From: Squalus acanthias
Lineage: Eukaryota
DNA: 64,000 bases
NCBI GenBank assembly: GCA_030390025.1
Contig: CM059432.1
Span: forward strand, 49,230,001-49,294,000
Direction: 5' to 3'
A model generated the notes under the pieces. That model did no database searches, had not been told where the DNA came from, and worked only from the letters and a program-made list of their open reading frames with translations. A program made the position numbers and the translations under genes. Positions 11,503 through 23,830 of this stretch are shown piece by piece. Numbering within the stretch: the first letter of the stretch is position 1; every line of letters starts with the position of its first letter.

Positions 11503-12554
11503 GCAGAATATGACCCCAAAACACTAAGAACAATTCTGAAAAGACTATTCAGCTTACTCAGTAAACTTGAAGCTGCGGCCTTGGTCATAGGCCTTTATTC
11601 AAGGATGTTTTTCAGTTGTAGGTTATTTTTTGTTTGTTAGTTTTTTGGGGGCTGCGTCAGCGTTTTTGAAGCTGTTTGTCAGCTTTTCTGAGTTTTGTAA
11701 GTGGGTGTATGCATTTTTGGGCAGTTTGAATATTACTAAGAATATAAATAAATGATATGTGTGCTGGCATGCAGCCATTAATGCTAACAAGCAGTATCAT
11801 ATGCATGCTCTTTCCTGAATTACTGATTTTAAAGAATATTTACATTTACAGTGCCAACGAGCCACACTGATAGAGATCTAGACAGCACAGTGACAAATGA
11901 TCACATTTTGCTTTTTGAGAACATTAAGTGAGGCGTTCTTCGAACTGAGTAGAAAATTAGCTGCAATTCCCAACCCGACGGTAATTTTGCAAATGGGAGA
12001 TCAGTGAATATATTTTAAAAACTGGTAGATTCTAGCCTACCCAAATGATTGAAACTCAATTTATTTGGGATAATCGATGATCATAATGTGGTCCCCATAT
12101 TTGGTGAACAGTGCACGAGGAAACTACCTGTTATTTTGTTTTTAAATAATTACATCCAATATTGGTATCCATTTCAGTGCTTAAAACAACAACCAGTTTC
12201 TAAAGTTGCTACAAATCAGCAGTTTGTTCATTCAAGTGTCTAAATTATTAACATGTATCTGAGGAAATGTTCTTTTCAACTGAATGTTCTGACAGAAATG
12301 GTGTCTGGTAACTGGCATGTATTGTAATATTTCTGATTCCTTTGGAACAACTACTAATGCGAATCCCAGGCATTAGCAATTCGAAGTGCTGTCAGGTGTC
12401 ACTGATATTTTCAGACATGACGACCTCTTCATCCTTCCTGCTAGATATTACTTCCAATAAAATCCTTTTCTGGCAACACATTTTGAATTTATAATGGGCG
12501 TAATAGCTACTAAAATAACAATATGCTCTCCAAGTGCTTGGTGTGTAAATGCAC

Positions 12555-13535
12555 CGTGTGGTGCGCTATTAAGGCATACAGTTTAGGAAGATCTAGGTTT
12601 GTTCCCTGTCTGCGCCAAGTTAACTGATCTCAATCAGGCAGCAGTGGGGTTGCTACGGCTGGCCTCACACCATTGGGGTAGGAAGAGGTTTAAAAAAAAA
12701 CATTGAGGCAGAAATTCCGTTCCCTATGGGTGGGTACGCGCTGTGTACTCACCCGTAGGGCCAACGGAAATGCCGGTTTTAGGCATGCACTGCGCATGCG
12801 CTGGAAACCGGCATTTCCGATCTGTCAAGAAAGCTCTTGACAGATCCTCCGGCTGCCCGGGAGCAGTTCCGTGTTTTGGAGACCCTCCACCCACAGAAAA
12901 CACTTACAATTCTTGTGCCTGGTAAAAGCAGGCGTCAGGCCTGCTTTTACCAGGCTAAGAGATGAAAAAAGTAAAAAAAAAAATTTCCACTGATTTATCA
13001 TTTAAAAATATTTTAAAGAAAGGTAAGTTTATTTTTAGCCCCGTTAAAAACTTTAATTACTTTTTTCAAAAAATAAAATTTTTGTTTAAAATACTTAATT
13101 TATGTAATTTAAAGTCATTTTAAAAATGTGATGATTTTTTAAAAATTTATTTAAAGTTTTACTATGTTTTGGGGGTGATTTCCAGTCATATGTTTGACAG
13201 GTCTTCCTGTCAAATGTATGAAGGGAGATTCCCTTCTCTGATTGGCTCTCCATGGCCCATGTGATCCCAGGGACGCTGCGAACCGCCTGCGCCTCTGAGA
13301 TACGTGGGCCCTGCGCACCGGCAGTTTGGAGAGGCCCAGCAACGGAACTCTGCGCCTCCCGGGAGCCCTCCGGTCGAGGCGCAGATTTTTCCAGATCGCA
13401 GCCCTCCGCCCGCGGGAGGCCTGCGAACGGAATTTCTGGGCCAATGGTTCCTGTTCTTGATTGCTGACCAGTAATCCTCCTGCAAGTTCCTCTACGTGCA
13501 GATCAGAAAAGGATACAACTGGGCTTAGATGCAAT
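12555..13535 (+). mobile_element. Old tRNA-derived SINE split by a MITE
   Basis: Head AGGTTTGTTCCCTGTCTGCGCCAAGTTAACTGATCTCA at about 12595. Sequence resumes GGTTCCTGTTCTTGATTGCT after 13443. Confidence 0.5.
12705..13442. mobile_element. Harbinger-type MITE
   Basis: TIR core CAGAAATTCCGTTC / GAACGGAATTTCTG. ATT/AAT flanks. GC-rich ends, AT-rich centre. Confidence 0.8.
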
Positions 13536-13568
13536 ACTTCTCACAGTCATATCGTTTACTGACACAAT

Positions 13569-13756
13569 TAGGGCAATTTTACCATAACCTACCTGCCGGA
13601 AAACTGACAGGATCGGGTGCAACGCCAGTTTTACACCCCGCCCGATTTTATACTCCAATGAAGTTAATGCAGAGTAATATTAGGCGAGGTGGAAAACCAG
13701 CGTTCCACCCAATCCCATGAGTTTCCCGCATGGCAAGGTCCGTTAAAATTACCCCC
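13569..13756. mobile_element. Palindromic Harbinger-type MITE (~190 bp)
   Basis: Ends GGGCAATTTTA / TAAAATTACCCCC. The element folds around CCAATGAAGTTAATG. Confidence 0.7.
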
Positions 13757-14384
13757 ATTTGTGAGAGAAAATGAAGAGAAGTGGAGACAGTGAATAATAG
13801 TGTGAGTAAGTTGGTCTATTATTTCTAGTTGGTGTGAGAAGAAAAAGGGATAAAGAGTGTGACAATTTCATGCATCACTGGTGTTCTTCCAGGTCTATAC
13901 ATAGGTGAAGAGGAGGCAGAGAGAGAAATGATTCTTGTGAAAGAACATTTTGAAGATGTGTGTGAATTGGCCTGGGAGAGAATCTTCTGTTTAATCTAGG
14001 TGTTCTGGGCAGGTAGTGGAGGTAAAAACTATCGCTGGGAATTTCCTTGGGGCTTCTCTTGGTCTGCTGACGTAACTTCAGTGAACACCCCGCTTTCACA
14101 TGTAAATGAGTTTTCCGCCAAACGCTCGCTGAAGTTACAGCATCCCCAACATCTGAATTATTCAAGAAGTAGTTAGATGCTGTGACTGGAAGGATGAGCT
14201 AGATCGGCCTAATGGCCTCCCTCATCTGTACTTTGTATCCTGTGAGGGTAGGGTCAAATTTTCACAGCTTGTTTGGGATGGGATAAATACAGTTCAGAAT
14301 TTTGCTCTGGCAGTACTTCATTGCCCTGCAGATGTGTGTGTTGTCAATATATGACACGTATTTCAATTATATTCATATTAGTCT

Positions 14385-15230
14385 ATTCCTCCACGGTCTC
14401 TAAATTGTCAGGCTGCTTGTCCGACATCCAGTTCTGGGGGAACAGACATTTTCTCAAATTAAATATTGGGAAGACCGAAGCCATTTTTTTCAGTCCCTGC
14501 CACAAACTCCGTTCCCCAGCCACTGACTCCATCCCTCTCCCTAACATCTGTCTGAGACTGAACCACACCATTCGCAACCTTGGTGTCATATTTGACCCTG
14601 AAATGACCCCATATCCATGGCATAACTAAGACCGCCTATTTCCACCTCCGTAACATCGCTGTCTGTGTCCCTGCCTCAGCTCACCTGCTGCTGAAACCCT
14701 CATCCATGCCTTTGTTACCTCTAGACTGGACTATTTCAATGCACTCCTGGTTGTCCTCCCATATTTTACCCTACGTAAACTTGAGGTCGTCCAAAATTTG
14801 GTTTCCCGTGTCCTAACTCGCACCAAGTCCCGTTCACCCATCACCCCTGTGCTCGCTGACCTACATTGGCTCCTGGTTATGCGACGCCTCGATTTCAAAA
14901 TTCTCATCCTTGTTTTCAAATCCCTCCATGGCCTCGCCCCTTCCTATCTCTGTAATCTCCTTCAGCCCCACAACCCCCAGAGATATCTGTGCTCCTCTAA
15001 TTCTGCCCTCTTGAGCATCCCTGATTATAATCGCTCAACCATTGGTGGCCGTGCCTTCTGTTGCCTGGGCCCTAAGCTCTGGAATTCCCTGTCTAAACCT
15101 CTCCGCCTCTCTACCTTTCTTTCCTCCTTTAAGATGCTCCTTAAAACCTACCTCTTTGACCAAGCTTTTGGTCACCTGCCCTAATTTCTCCTTGTGTGGC
15201 TTGGTGTCAAACGTTTTGTCTTATAATACT
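14385..15230 (+). mobile_element. L2 LINE 3' portion
   Basis: LKLNIGKTEAI; ITPVLADLHWL; IGGRAF..LGPKLWNSL; LKTYLFDQAF. Confidence 0.9.
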
Positions 15231-15318
15231 CGGAGGTGGAAGTAGGCGGTCTTTGTTATGCTGCAGATATGTGGTCGGAAGCTCATTTCAGGGTCAAATA
15301 AGACACCAAGGTTGCGAA
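15231..15318 (-). mobile_element. Inverted L2 fragment
   Basis: Reverse complement matches L2 at 14571-14650 and 34736-34818. Confidence 0.75.
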
Positions 15319-15321
15319 CAT

Positions 15322-16000
15322 CATATTCCCATGTGGCTATTTACGCCTGCCGCTCACCAACCTCATTTACCACACTTTGTGCATTTACACACATGCACAG
15401 TAAACCTGTCTTAGATCTTCTTGTATTCTCTCTTAATCTGACCCCACCTAATACCTTACTATTTCTTATTCTAGTGCTGTCACTCTCCATTGTTTGTGCA
15501 CTTTGTTTCTCCTTTCTAATGCTACATCCTGGTGCCCATCCCCCTGCCAAATTAGTTTAAACCCTCCCCAACAGCACTAGCAAACCCCCCCACGAGGACA
15601 TTGGTTCAGGCTCTGTTGAGGTGCAACCCGTCCAGCCTGTACAGGTCCCACCTCCCCGACAGCCAGTCCCAATGTCCCAGAATCTGAAGCCCTCCCTCCT
15701 GCACCATCTCTCCAGCCACACATTCATCTGGTCTATCCTCCTATTTCTATACTCCCTAGCTTGTGGCACGGGGAGTAATCGGAGATTACTACCTTTGAGG
15801 TCCTGCTTTTTAATCTCTTTCCTAGCTCTCTAAAATTTACCTACAGGACCTCATCCCTTTTTCCGATCCCTTGGTACTGATATGAACCACGACCTCTGGC
15901 TGTTCACCCTCCCCCTTCAGAATGTTATGCAGCCGCTAAGTGACATCTTTGACCCTGGCACCAGGGAGGCAACATACCATCCTGGAATCACGTCTGTGGC
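15322..16000 (-). mobile_element. CR1 fragment spanning the ORF1 end and ORF2 start
   Basis: RNRRIDQMNVWLERWCRREGFRF (ORF1), then LLCMCVNAQSVVNEVGE (endonuclease start). Confidence 0.8.
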
Positions 16001-16371
16001 GGAGGTGTTCAAAATCATGAGGGGTGCAGGCAGCGTAGATAGAAACAAACTGTTCACATTGGCGGTAGGGTCGAGAACCAGAGGACACAGATTTAAGGTG
16101 ATTGGCAGAAGAACCAAAGGCGACATGAGAAAAAATATTTTTACGCAGCGAGTGGTTATAATCTGGAATGCACTGCCTGAAAGGGTGGTGGAGGCAGACT
16201 CAATCGTGGCTTTCAAAAAGGAATTGGATAAGTACCTGAAGGAAAAAAATTTGCAGAGCTACAGGGAAGGGGCGGGGCAGTGGGACTAGCTGAAGTGCTC
16301 TTGCAGAGAGCCAGCACGGGCTTGACGGGCCAAATGGCCTCGTTCGGTGCTGTAACCATTCTATGATTCTA
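16001..16371 (+). mobile_element. CR1 3' end
   Basis: EVFKIMRG...RKNIFTQRVVIIWNALPE; ATTCTATGATTCTA tail. Confidence 0.9.
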
Positions 16372-17739
16372 AGTGGTTATTTGAGCCAGTCAAACATTAG
16401 ACTGACTATATGTAAAGGAATCAAAAATGTATAAATAAAAAAGCCTTGAGGAATGAGCACCAGGAAAGAAAAAAATGATTTTTTTTCCCAATATGTTATA
16501 CTTTTTGAGTTATTAAATAATAATCCTCAGTTAATGGTTTTTCATGTTTTTTATTAAGTCACTGAAGGGAACATTTTTTTCAGCAAGAGTAGAAGTAAAT
16601 ATTAGAGTAACGTTAGGGCAGCCTCGCCTGCTCATGGCTTTGGGACTCATAAAAATACCCAGAGTCAGTCAGTCAGCTAGGCAGGGGGCCATAATCAATG
16701 ACTACTTGTTTAGGTGCTGGCCGTTAAAGACTCAACAATAGGGGGGGAAAACTCCCTGGGCAGTGCTACACCAACGATTGCTTCAACAAGAACTGCAAAT
16801 CCAGCATGGGAAGTAAAAGCACCCTTTATAATCAAGTAAATCATTGAAATCAAAGGCAGAAGATTTTTCAGGTGGAGGAAAGGAAAATAAATGAGTAAAA
16901 TAACTGCATCTTAAGCAAATACTGCAAATCTGCTGCGGGAGGTAGAGCAAAAAAAGATATTTTACTATGTTAATACCCAGGAATAAGAGGAGGCAGGAAC
17001 CGTTACTTCAGCAAGTGTGGAAATATACCCATGAGCCTTGTATCTTTTAGCATCAGTACAATGTGTACATATTTTTTACCTTGTGTCTGTCATGTAATAT
17101 TTTGCTTCAGTAAACTTGCTGTGATGTGTGAACCACATTTCGGCTGCAGCAAAACCAAAGTAGCTATCAGAAACTACACTCCAGGTCCGAGACTACTCAT
17201 AATCAATGCCACAAGTGATCTACTAGTGTGTTGCAAAGAAATAGAAAGATTGGAGGTGATACTCCAACTTGCCAGCAGTATGTTATGCAGCAATAATCGC
17301 ATTAAAAACATAAAATACGGAATAAAATAAGAACTCCTCAAGAACACTCCTCCCAAAGGCCATGGGGGCTACACACCATCTAGCTGATCTCCTGACGGAA
17401 AATTATATACAAATACTCTCTGCTTCCCATAGGTAATCTAGTAAGACTCCAGCTATAGTATTCAATACTGCCTTCTCTCCTTCAGCTATTTTCTCTCCTT
17501 TTCCTGAACCCATTAACACAGAGACCATTGTGTCCTGTGGAATGTTTTGATCAGTCCAATCCCTATAACCTCCAATCCTGTGCCTTTTAACAAAGGTAGT
17601 ATTTGAAAAGGATCTTGTAAGATTATTTACCATTCAATGCAAAGGTTTCAGTCAATCTGGAGCTATTATCAACAATGTTAATTAAGTGCTTCATTACAAT
17701 TCAACAATAATTGATTAAATGTCAGAGAAAAACATCAAT

Positions 17740-18520
17740 CTAACCAGGTATAGATCATTGTAAAGTCCATATTGGAACAATCATGCAATTTATGGGGCAC
17801 CCTTCTTTCAAAAGAACATTGGTGCACTAAAGAGAGTTCAGAAGGGTAACAAGAATGAATTCAGGACTTAATGTTCTAAGTTAAGAAGAAGCACTCACCG
17901 AATTGAACTTGCCTGCAATGGAGAAAAGAAGATTGAGCAGAGATTTGATGCAGGTTTACAAACTGCTGAGAGGTACAGATAAGATAAACTATTTAATTTG
18001 GATTGTGAGCATAGAACTGGAAAACACAATACAAAATTAATAAGCCTCAAGGAAGACTTAGCATTAAAGAAAGAAGTTGTACTTGTATAGAGCCTTTCAT
18101 AACCTTAGAATGTCCCAAAGCATTTCACAGCCAATTAATTACTTTTGAAGTGTAGTCACCAGCCAATTTGCACATAACAAGGTCCCACAGCAGTGAGATA
18201 AATGACCAGTGCTGCTGTTGTTGGTTGATGGAAAAATATCAAAGACATCAGAAAAACTCCCCTTCTCTTCTTTGATCAGTGCCATGGAGCTTTTACACCC
18301 AACTGAGAGGGCAGACGGAGTCTTGGTTTCTCATCTAATATACAACACCTTCAACAGTGTAGCAGTTCCTCAACACTGTCATTTGGCATAAAAAGATATG
18401 CACTGAATAGGGTATACATGGAGCAGACTCCCAGCAAAATTAGTTAATGCTGTGTCAACTAATACATTTTAAAAGCTTGATAAATATTTTAATCGGGATT
18501 GGACTGGAGGTTATAAAGGC
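17740..18520 (+). mobile_element. Old CR1 3' remnant interrupted by a SINE
   Basis: Degenerate ALKRVQK and KRRLSRDLMQVYKLL. Resumes after 18390. Confidence 0.5.
18068..18388 (-). mobile_element. Deu-domain SINE, 5'-truncated
   Basis: Colinear with 51955-52290. Confidence 0.7.
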
Positions 18521-18597
18521 AAGTATAAATAAATAAAATCAAATACTCAAAGGAATGCATTGATTCTTGTGCAGCTGGAAACAAGGACATATCGACT

Positions 18598-18740
18598 GGG
18601 AACTTTCAACTTAGGTGGGGCATAAAACAATTGATATTGGTTCAGTCGCCTATCGTTGGATAGGAAAATGGGGCAGGGTGCACAACAGGTGGCCGTTCCG
18701 ATATCACCCGCTTTACGCCCCAGTTGAAAGCTCCACCCAT
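18598..18740. mobile_element. Palindromic MITE
   Basis: CTTTCAACT..GGGGCATAAAAC pairs with GCTTTACGCCCCAGTTGAAAG. Confidence 0.5.
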
Positions 18741-19593
18741 TGTGTTTGAAATGCAACCTGGGCGGTAACAAAAGGAAGAATTTTGTTGGACTTTCCCTCA
18801 GGAGATGAAAGTGGAATATAGTCCATGATATAGCAGATTGCACAAGTCGGCAGAAGGAATAGGCTAAATGACCTATTTTCATTGCATGCTTTTGTGTGTT
18901 CTCTGCTGAGCTAATTTATTTCTCAAATTAATAGAAATCCAAGTCAAATAGATAGTTCTCCCAATGATGCTGGGTCTTTTTTCCATTTCTTTCTAATTAG
19001 TATACATTTGTTTTCCTTGATGTACGTGATTTTACTTCTTCCTGTTATTTTTAGTAAATATTTCACTTTCTCTCTTGTTTCACTTTTGTTCCATTAATTG
19101 ACTTACTCGGAAATCCAGTGATGCTGAAGGACTGACCGGAAAATTGATGCATCAGCTGCTGCCTTGGTAAATGTATCAGCCTGACATTCGAGGGCCTTTA
19201 TTGATTGAATATAGTTCTATAGAACACAATTACACATACCACTGTCTTAGCTGATAACAGTCAAGGACAAGAAAAGGTCACTCAGCCCATCAAAGTTCAT
19301 CCCTCCTAGCATCCAATAGCATTTTGAATATACTTAACAATTAATTTGCAATCACATATGCTTAATAAATTAAAATAAAGAGAGTGGACCTCAACAGACA
19401 ATTGCATCCAAGAACTACAAAAAGCTGTGGAAAATTATCCAATTCTTGACCAGTATTTTCCTCAACCCACCACAGGAGGATCGGAGCAAGACTTCTGTAT
19501 ACCACTTCGACCCTATTATGACCTATTTTCCTAGGTCGGGGTCATCAATTTTTTCAGGTGGGCTCCTGGCAAGATTCCCACCACTGTCAGGGA

Positions 19594-20050
19594 ACATAAG
19601 ATATAGGAGCAGGAGTAGGCCGTGTGGCCTCTCGAGCTTGCTCCGCCATTCAATAAGATCATGGCTGAACTTCTACATCAACTCCACTTTCCCGCCCTAT
19701 CACCCTGTCCCTTGATTCCTTAGTGCCCAAAAATATCGATCTCAGTCTTGAATATACTCAATGACTGAGCATTCACAGCTCTCCGGGGCAGAGAATTCCA
19801 AAGATTCACAACCCTCTGAGTGAAGAAATTTCTCCTAATCTCAGTCCTAAATGGCCAACCCCTTATCCTGAGAATATGACCCCTAATTAGAGACTCTCCA
19901 GCCAGGGATACAGCCTCTCAGCTTCTACCCTGTCAAGCCCTCTGAGAATTTTATACATTTCAATGAGATCACCTCACATTCTTCTAAACTCCAGCAAAAA
20001 TAGGTCCATTCTACACAATCGCTCCTCACAGGACAGCCCTCTCAACCCAG
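19594..20050 (-). mobile_element. CR1 3' end
   Basis: AACATAAGATATAGGAGCAGGAGTAGGCC tail. Reverse complement of about 51290-51730. Confidence 0.9.
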
Positions 20051-21045
20051 GGAAGGAAAATGTCAGCTGCTACAGAAGAGGAGTGGACCATTTAAAATGG
20101 GTAGAAGAGTCTCAAATATCAGCCTTCTATTCTTTTTTTGTTTAAGCCTCAGAGTGTGCTGGGGCAAGGGGAGAAAAATGTCTTGGAGCAGGGAGGTGGT
20201 GGTAGGCCTCCCCACCTGATTTTCCCACAGTTTCTGGGGCTATCCCGCCCGATTTGGGGAGGGAAAGAGTAGAAAATCCAGGTCTCACTGTCTGAAACTC
20301 TGAAAATTATCTGCTATGACTCATATTTGACTTCACTGATTTTAGTGCATCTATTTGACAAATGAGAAAGAAATAAGGTCTGGATTCTACTTGATGGATT
20401 TGGTTCTTCAAACATTTTAGTAGATTATATTATATACAGGCCGCAACATTAAAGCAAAACTCTGCAGTCAAAATGAACCAATTTCACAAATAAAATATTT
20501 TGAGTACTTCTGAACCGAATGTTGATGCAATCACGAGAAATTAATTTAGATATTGTGGGTGATATATCTTTGATTAAAAAGGAGGAATGGAGGCAGGTAA
20601 AGGGGTATTTTTTCAGCCTTGAAATGGCTATAGAGGCATGGTTAATTTGCTACCAAAACACATCTTACTACACAAAAAAAGGACAAATCACAATCCTTTC
20701 TCTAGTTCCAAATGTGCTACTGAAACAAGAGGGGGGCTAAATTGGATAGCCCCCGAAAATGGGTGCGTGGATCACGATGTGCGATTACCCCGTTCAATGT
20801 AGTTCCAGGCAACACGCCAACTTCGTGCTGTCTGCTCATTATAATTATTGCTGTGTGCATCCAGCGCTAACCAATCTGTTCATTGGCTGCACACATCAGC
20901 AGGGGGCCCAATATCGTTACTTGCTAGCACTACTAAAAGCTAGCCTGCACTGCTTAAAGCTAAACTGCAGCTCTTAAAGGGAAGGTGCATTGTGGCTGCT
21001 GGATGTGCTGAGATCATTCGGAATAGTGCTGAGAAACAATCAATA

Positions 21046-22557
21046 ACGGCTGAACACGGAGAGAAAGAGCTCCAAGATTTTCCGATGCTGCACTAGAGGT
21101 CTTAGTGGAGGAGGTGGAAAAGAGGAAAGATGTCCTACATCCACAGGGGGGCAGAAAGTGCACCAGACACACGATGAGAAAGCAGTGGGAACAGATAGCC
21201 ACAGAGGTAAATGCCAGGAGTTTAGCCCTGAGGACCAGGATGCAGTAGAGCAAGATGTTTAATGAACTCACACAAGTGGTCAAGGTCAGTAAATGCATCT
21301 TCAAATGCCATCTCCTACCAACTGCACCACTAGCCTCAGCTACTGCTCAATTCACCATACCCCCATCACTCACCTACTGACAATCTCTATCAATCAGGAC
21401 TCATACCTCACATTCATATGCTTCACCTCACCCTCACACACTTAGCACTGTTGCAAGCCTCACATCCACATCTCACAGCTTGCACACACACTGCCAGCTA
21501 TTCAATCATGACAGGCAGATCACCCAAACATATTGCACGACACTCACTGACACACTGGAACTAACCAGAGGGGGAGAAGTGCGACCGCATATTTTAACCT
21601 CCATAGAATAGACGGTGCTGGCCATAATAGGAAGGGCCATTGTTGAAGCCGTGGCCAGCAGCGGGGCTGAATCCATTGAAAATTACAGTATCCTCATACC
21701 TAATCCTCCTTCTCACATCGCACTTCCTCCTCATCCCACAATGTCTTCTGTCTTACAAGCTGCAGGTGGCCTGCCAGAAAGCCTGCGTTCAATGTTAAGG
21801 AGCATGGAGGAGTCCAGCACCAACTTGGCACAGGATTTGTGCAAAGTTTGGAGCCCATCCTTTCCAGCACGGAACTGGTGGCCAACTCCATCAACACACT
21901 TATAGACCCAACCATGATGCAGCGTCTGATCGCCAATGGCTGATGTTTCAGCTTCTATGCAGCACAAGCAGCTTCCACCAGAAGTCTGAGTGCTGCAGTG
22001 GAAGCTCAGGCTGCTGCCATACAATCTCAGACTGATGTCATGCAAGGTCAGGTTGTGGCCATGCAAGCTCACTGCTGTCATACAAGATCAGCTTGCTGTC
22101 ATGCAAGGTCAGACTGTTGCCATCATGGCGGTGGATACCAATGTTCAAAGGGGCTTCCAGGGTGTCACAGCAGTCCAGCAAACTGTCCTCCAACAGATTG
22201 CTAGGAATGCTGAGGCGCCGCCCTGGGGGAGTGAGTGGCTCCATGGACCGCAAGCCTGCAGTCCTCTCTCAGGATGACAGCATCTGTGATGCCACCCCTG
22301 CCACTCTGCCAGCTACCTGTCAGCCAGCCTGCACTGACTGCTGCTGCTCATGACGAGATGGTGCAGTCTGAAGCCAGGCCTTCTAGGCCCAGAGCTGCTC
22401 GAGGTTGTCCTCCAAGGCCATCTGCATTCTCCCCCACTGAAAGTCAGCTGCCTTCCACCAGCCATGCTCAGCCACTGGGGTAGCCCTTTGTAGGAGCACT
22501 GGGACAGGCAAAGGCACACGGAAGACAGGCACTAAGGAAGTGCACAAGGGTGATTAG
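21046..22557 (+). pseudogene. Harbinger Myb/SANT-like DNA-binding gene (spliced)
   Basis: RERAPRFSDAALEVLVEEVEKRKDVL...WEQIATEVNA...FNELTQVVK followed by GTCAGT (donor 21285). Coiled-coil exon. Ends GTRKTGTKEVHKGD*. Has stops and frameshifts. Confidence 0.85.
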
Positions 22558-22744
22558 TTTAAGTTTGTATGCAATATGGCTTGATTTAATTTATAAATTT
22601 GGTTTGGAATGTGTATTTGTGTTGGCTTTTATTTTTGCATTGTGTCAAGTAGACAATGTGATGGTCAGTGATAGAGGGAAAGTAAGGAGTGTGGGACTGT
22701 TGGTGAATGAGGAATTGGGGTTGAGGTTACCGGTTTCGCACTTG

Positions 22745-23830
22745 AATTGGTTCTTCATGTACAGCTCAGGCAGAAAGGGGCTGTCGAGGTTGCAGACTCA
22801 CTTCCTCTTTCCCCCTCTTCCACCTCCTCCTCTTCCTCCTCCTCCTCATGCTCCTGCTCCTCAGCTTCTCACCTGATAGGTGGTGGGAAGGGCTGTTCCC
22901 TCATGATGGCGAGGTTGTGCAGAATGCAGCATCCTACCACAAATCTTGAGGCCCGCTCAACCAAGTACTGCAGGGCTGCTCCAGAGCAGTCTAGGCAGCG
23001 GAGTCGTTGTTTCAGCATGCCAATGGTCAGCTCTATCACATTTCTTGTGGCAGCATGGCTCTCATTGTATGCATGCTGCACACGTGTACATGGGGTGCAC
23101 ACCAGAGTCATGAGCCATGTCATCAGCGGATTGTCCTTGTCACCCAGTAGCCACCCTTTGGTGACTGAAATACAGCTGGCAAGTGGACTGCTGCAGAATG
23201 AAGGCATCATGACTGCTGCCAGGATACCAAGCATTGACCTGCATGCTGTGCTGCCTGTGGTTCCACACCAGCTGAACTTTGAGGGAGTGGAATCCCTTTG
23301 ATTCCAGTACATGGCAGAGTTGACATGCGGCACAGACAAACCAATGTGCGTGCAGTCAACAGTACCCTTGCAAACCCTTGTGCTCGCTCCACCTGCTTCT
23401 CTCTGGCAAGAAGGAATGAAATGAAGTTAGCTCTCTGATTAGAGAGCCTCAGTGACCCCCCTTATGCAACAGTGCACTGCAAATTGCGAGATGTTGCTAA
23501 TATCTGCAGCACCAACCTGGAAGGAGCCAGGCGTATAAATGTTCATAGCCACGGTCACCTTCACAGCCACTGGCAATGTGGTCCCTGCCCTGCTCTGAGG
23601 TTGCAGTTGAGGCTGCAGCGTTTGGCAGATTTCAGTGAGTACCTCCTTAGTGAAGCACAGACGTCTCAAACATTGGTCGTCGCTGAGGTTCAGGTAGGAG
23701 AATTGCTCCCTGAACACGCTGGGTAGATATGACCTCCTGCTGAGAGCCCTTCTCCCCCTCCTCTTCCTCCCTCTTCTAGCAGCTTGTCCTGCTCTGCGTG
23801 GCCTCTACTCATTCTTCCAGTCATGCTCAA
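22745..23830 (-). pseudogene. HARBI1-type DDE transposase
   Basis: SYLNLSDDQCLRRLCF; VDCTH; GWLLGDK; HAATRNVIELTIGMLKQR; CCILHNLA; poly-Glu tail. Frameshifted. Confidence 0.9.

Noticed and set aside
15231..15318. Fold-back of the adjacent L2
   Set aside because: The inverted piece contains bases missing from the neighbouring copy (about 14607), so it probably comes from another L2.
19119..19166. Possible 48-nt micro-exon (DAEGLTGKLMHQLLP)
   Set aside because: Splice signals are weak, and there are no partner exons or recognisable protein.
22800..22870. Independent (CCT)n microsatellite (also 40290-40360)
   Set aside because: Encodes the poly-Glu tail of the transposase on the minus strand.
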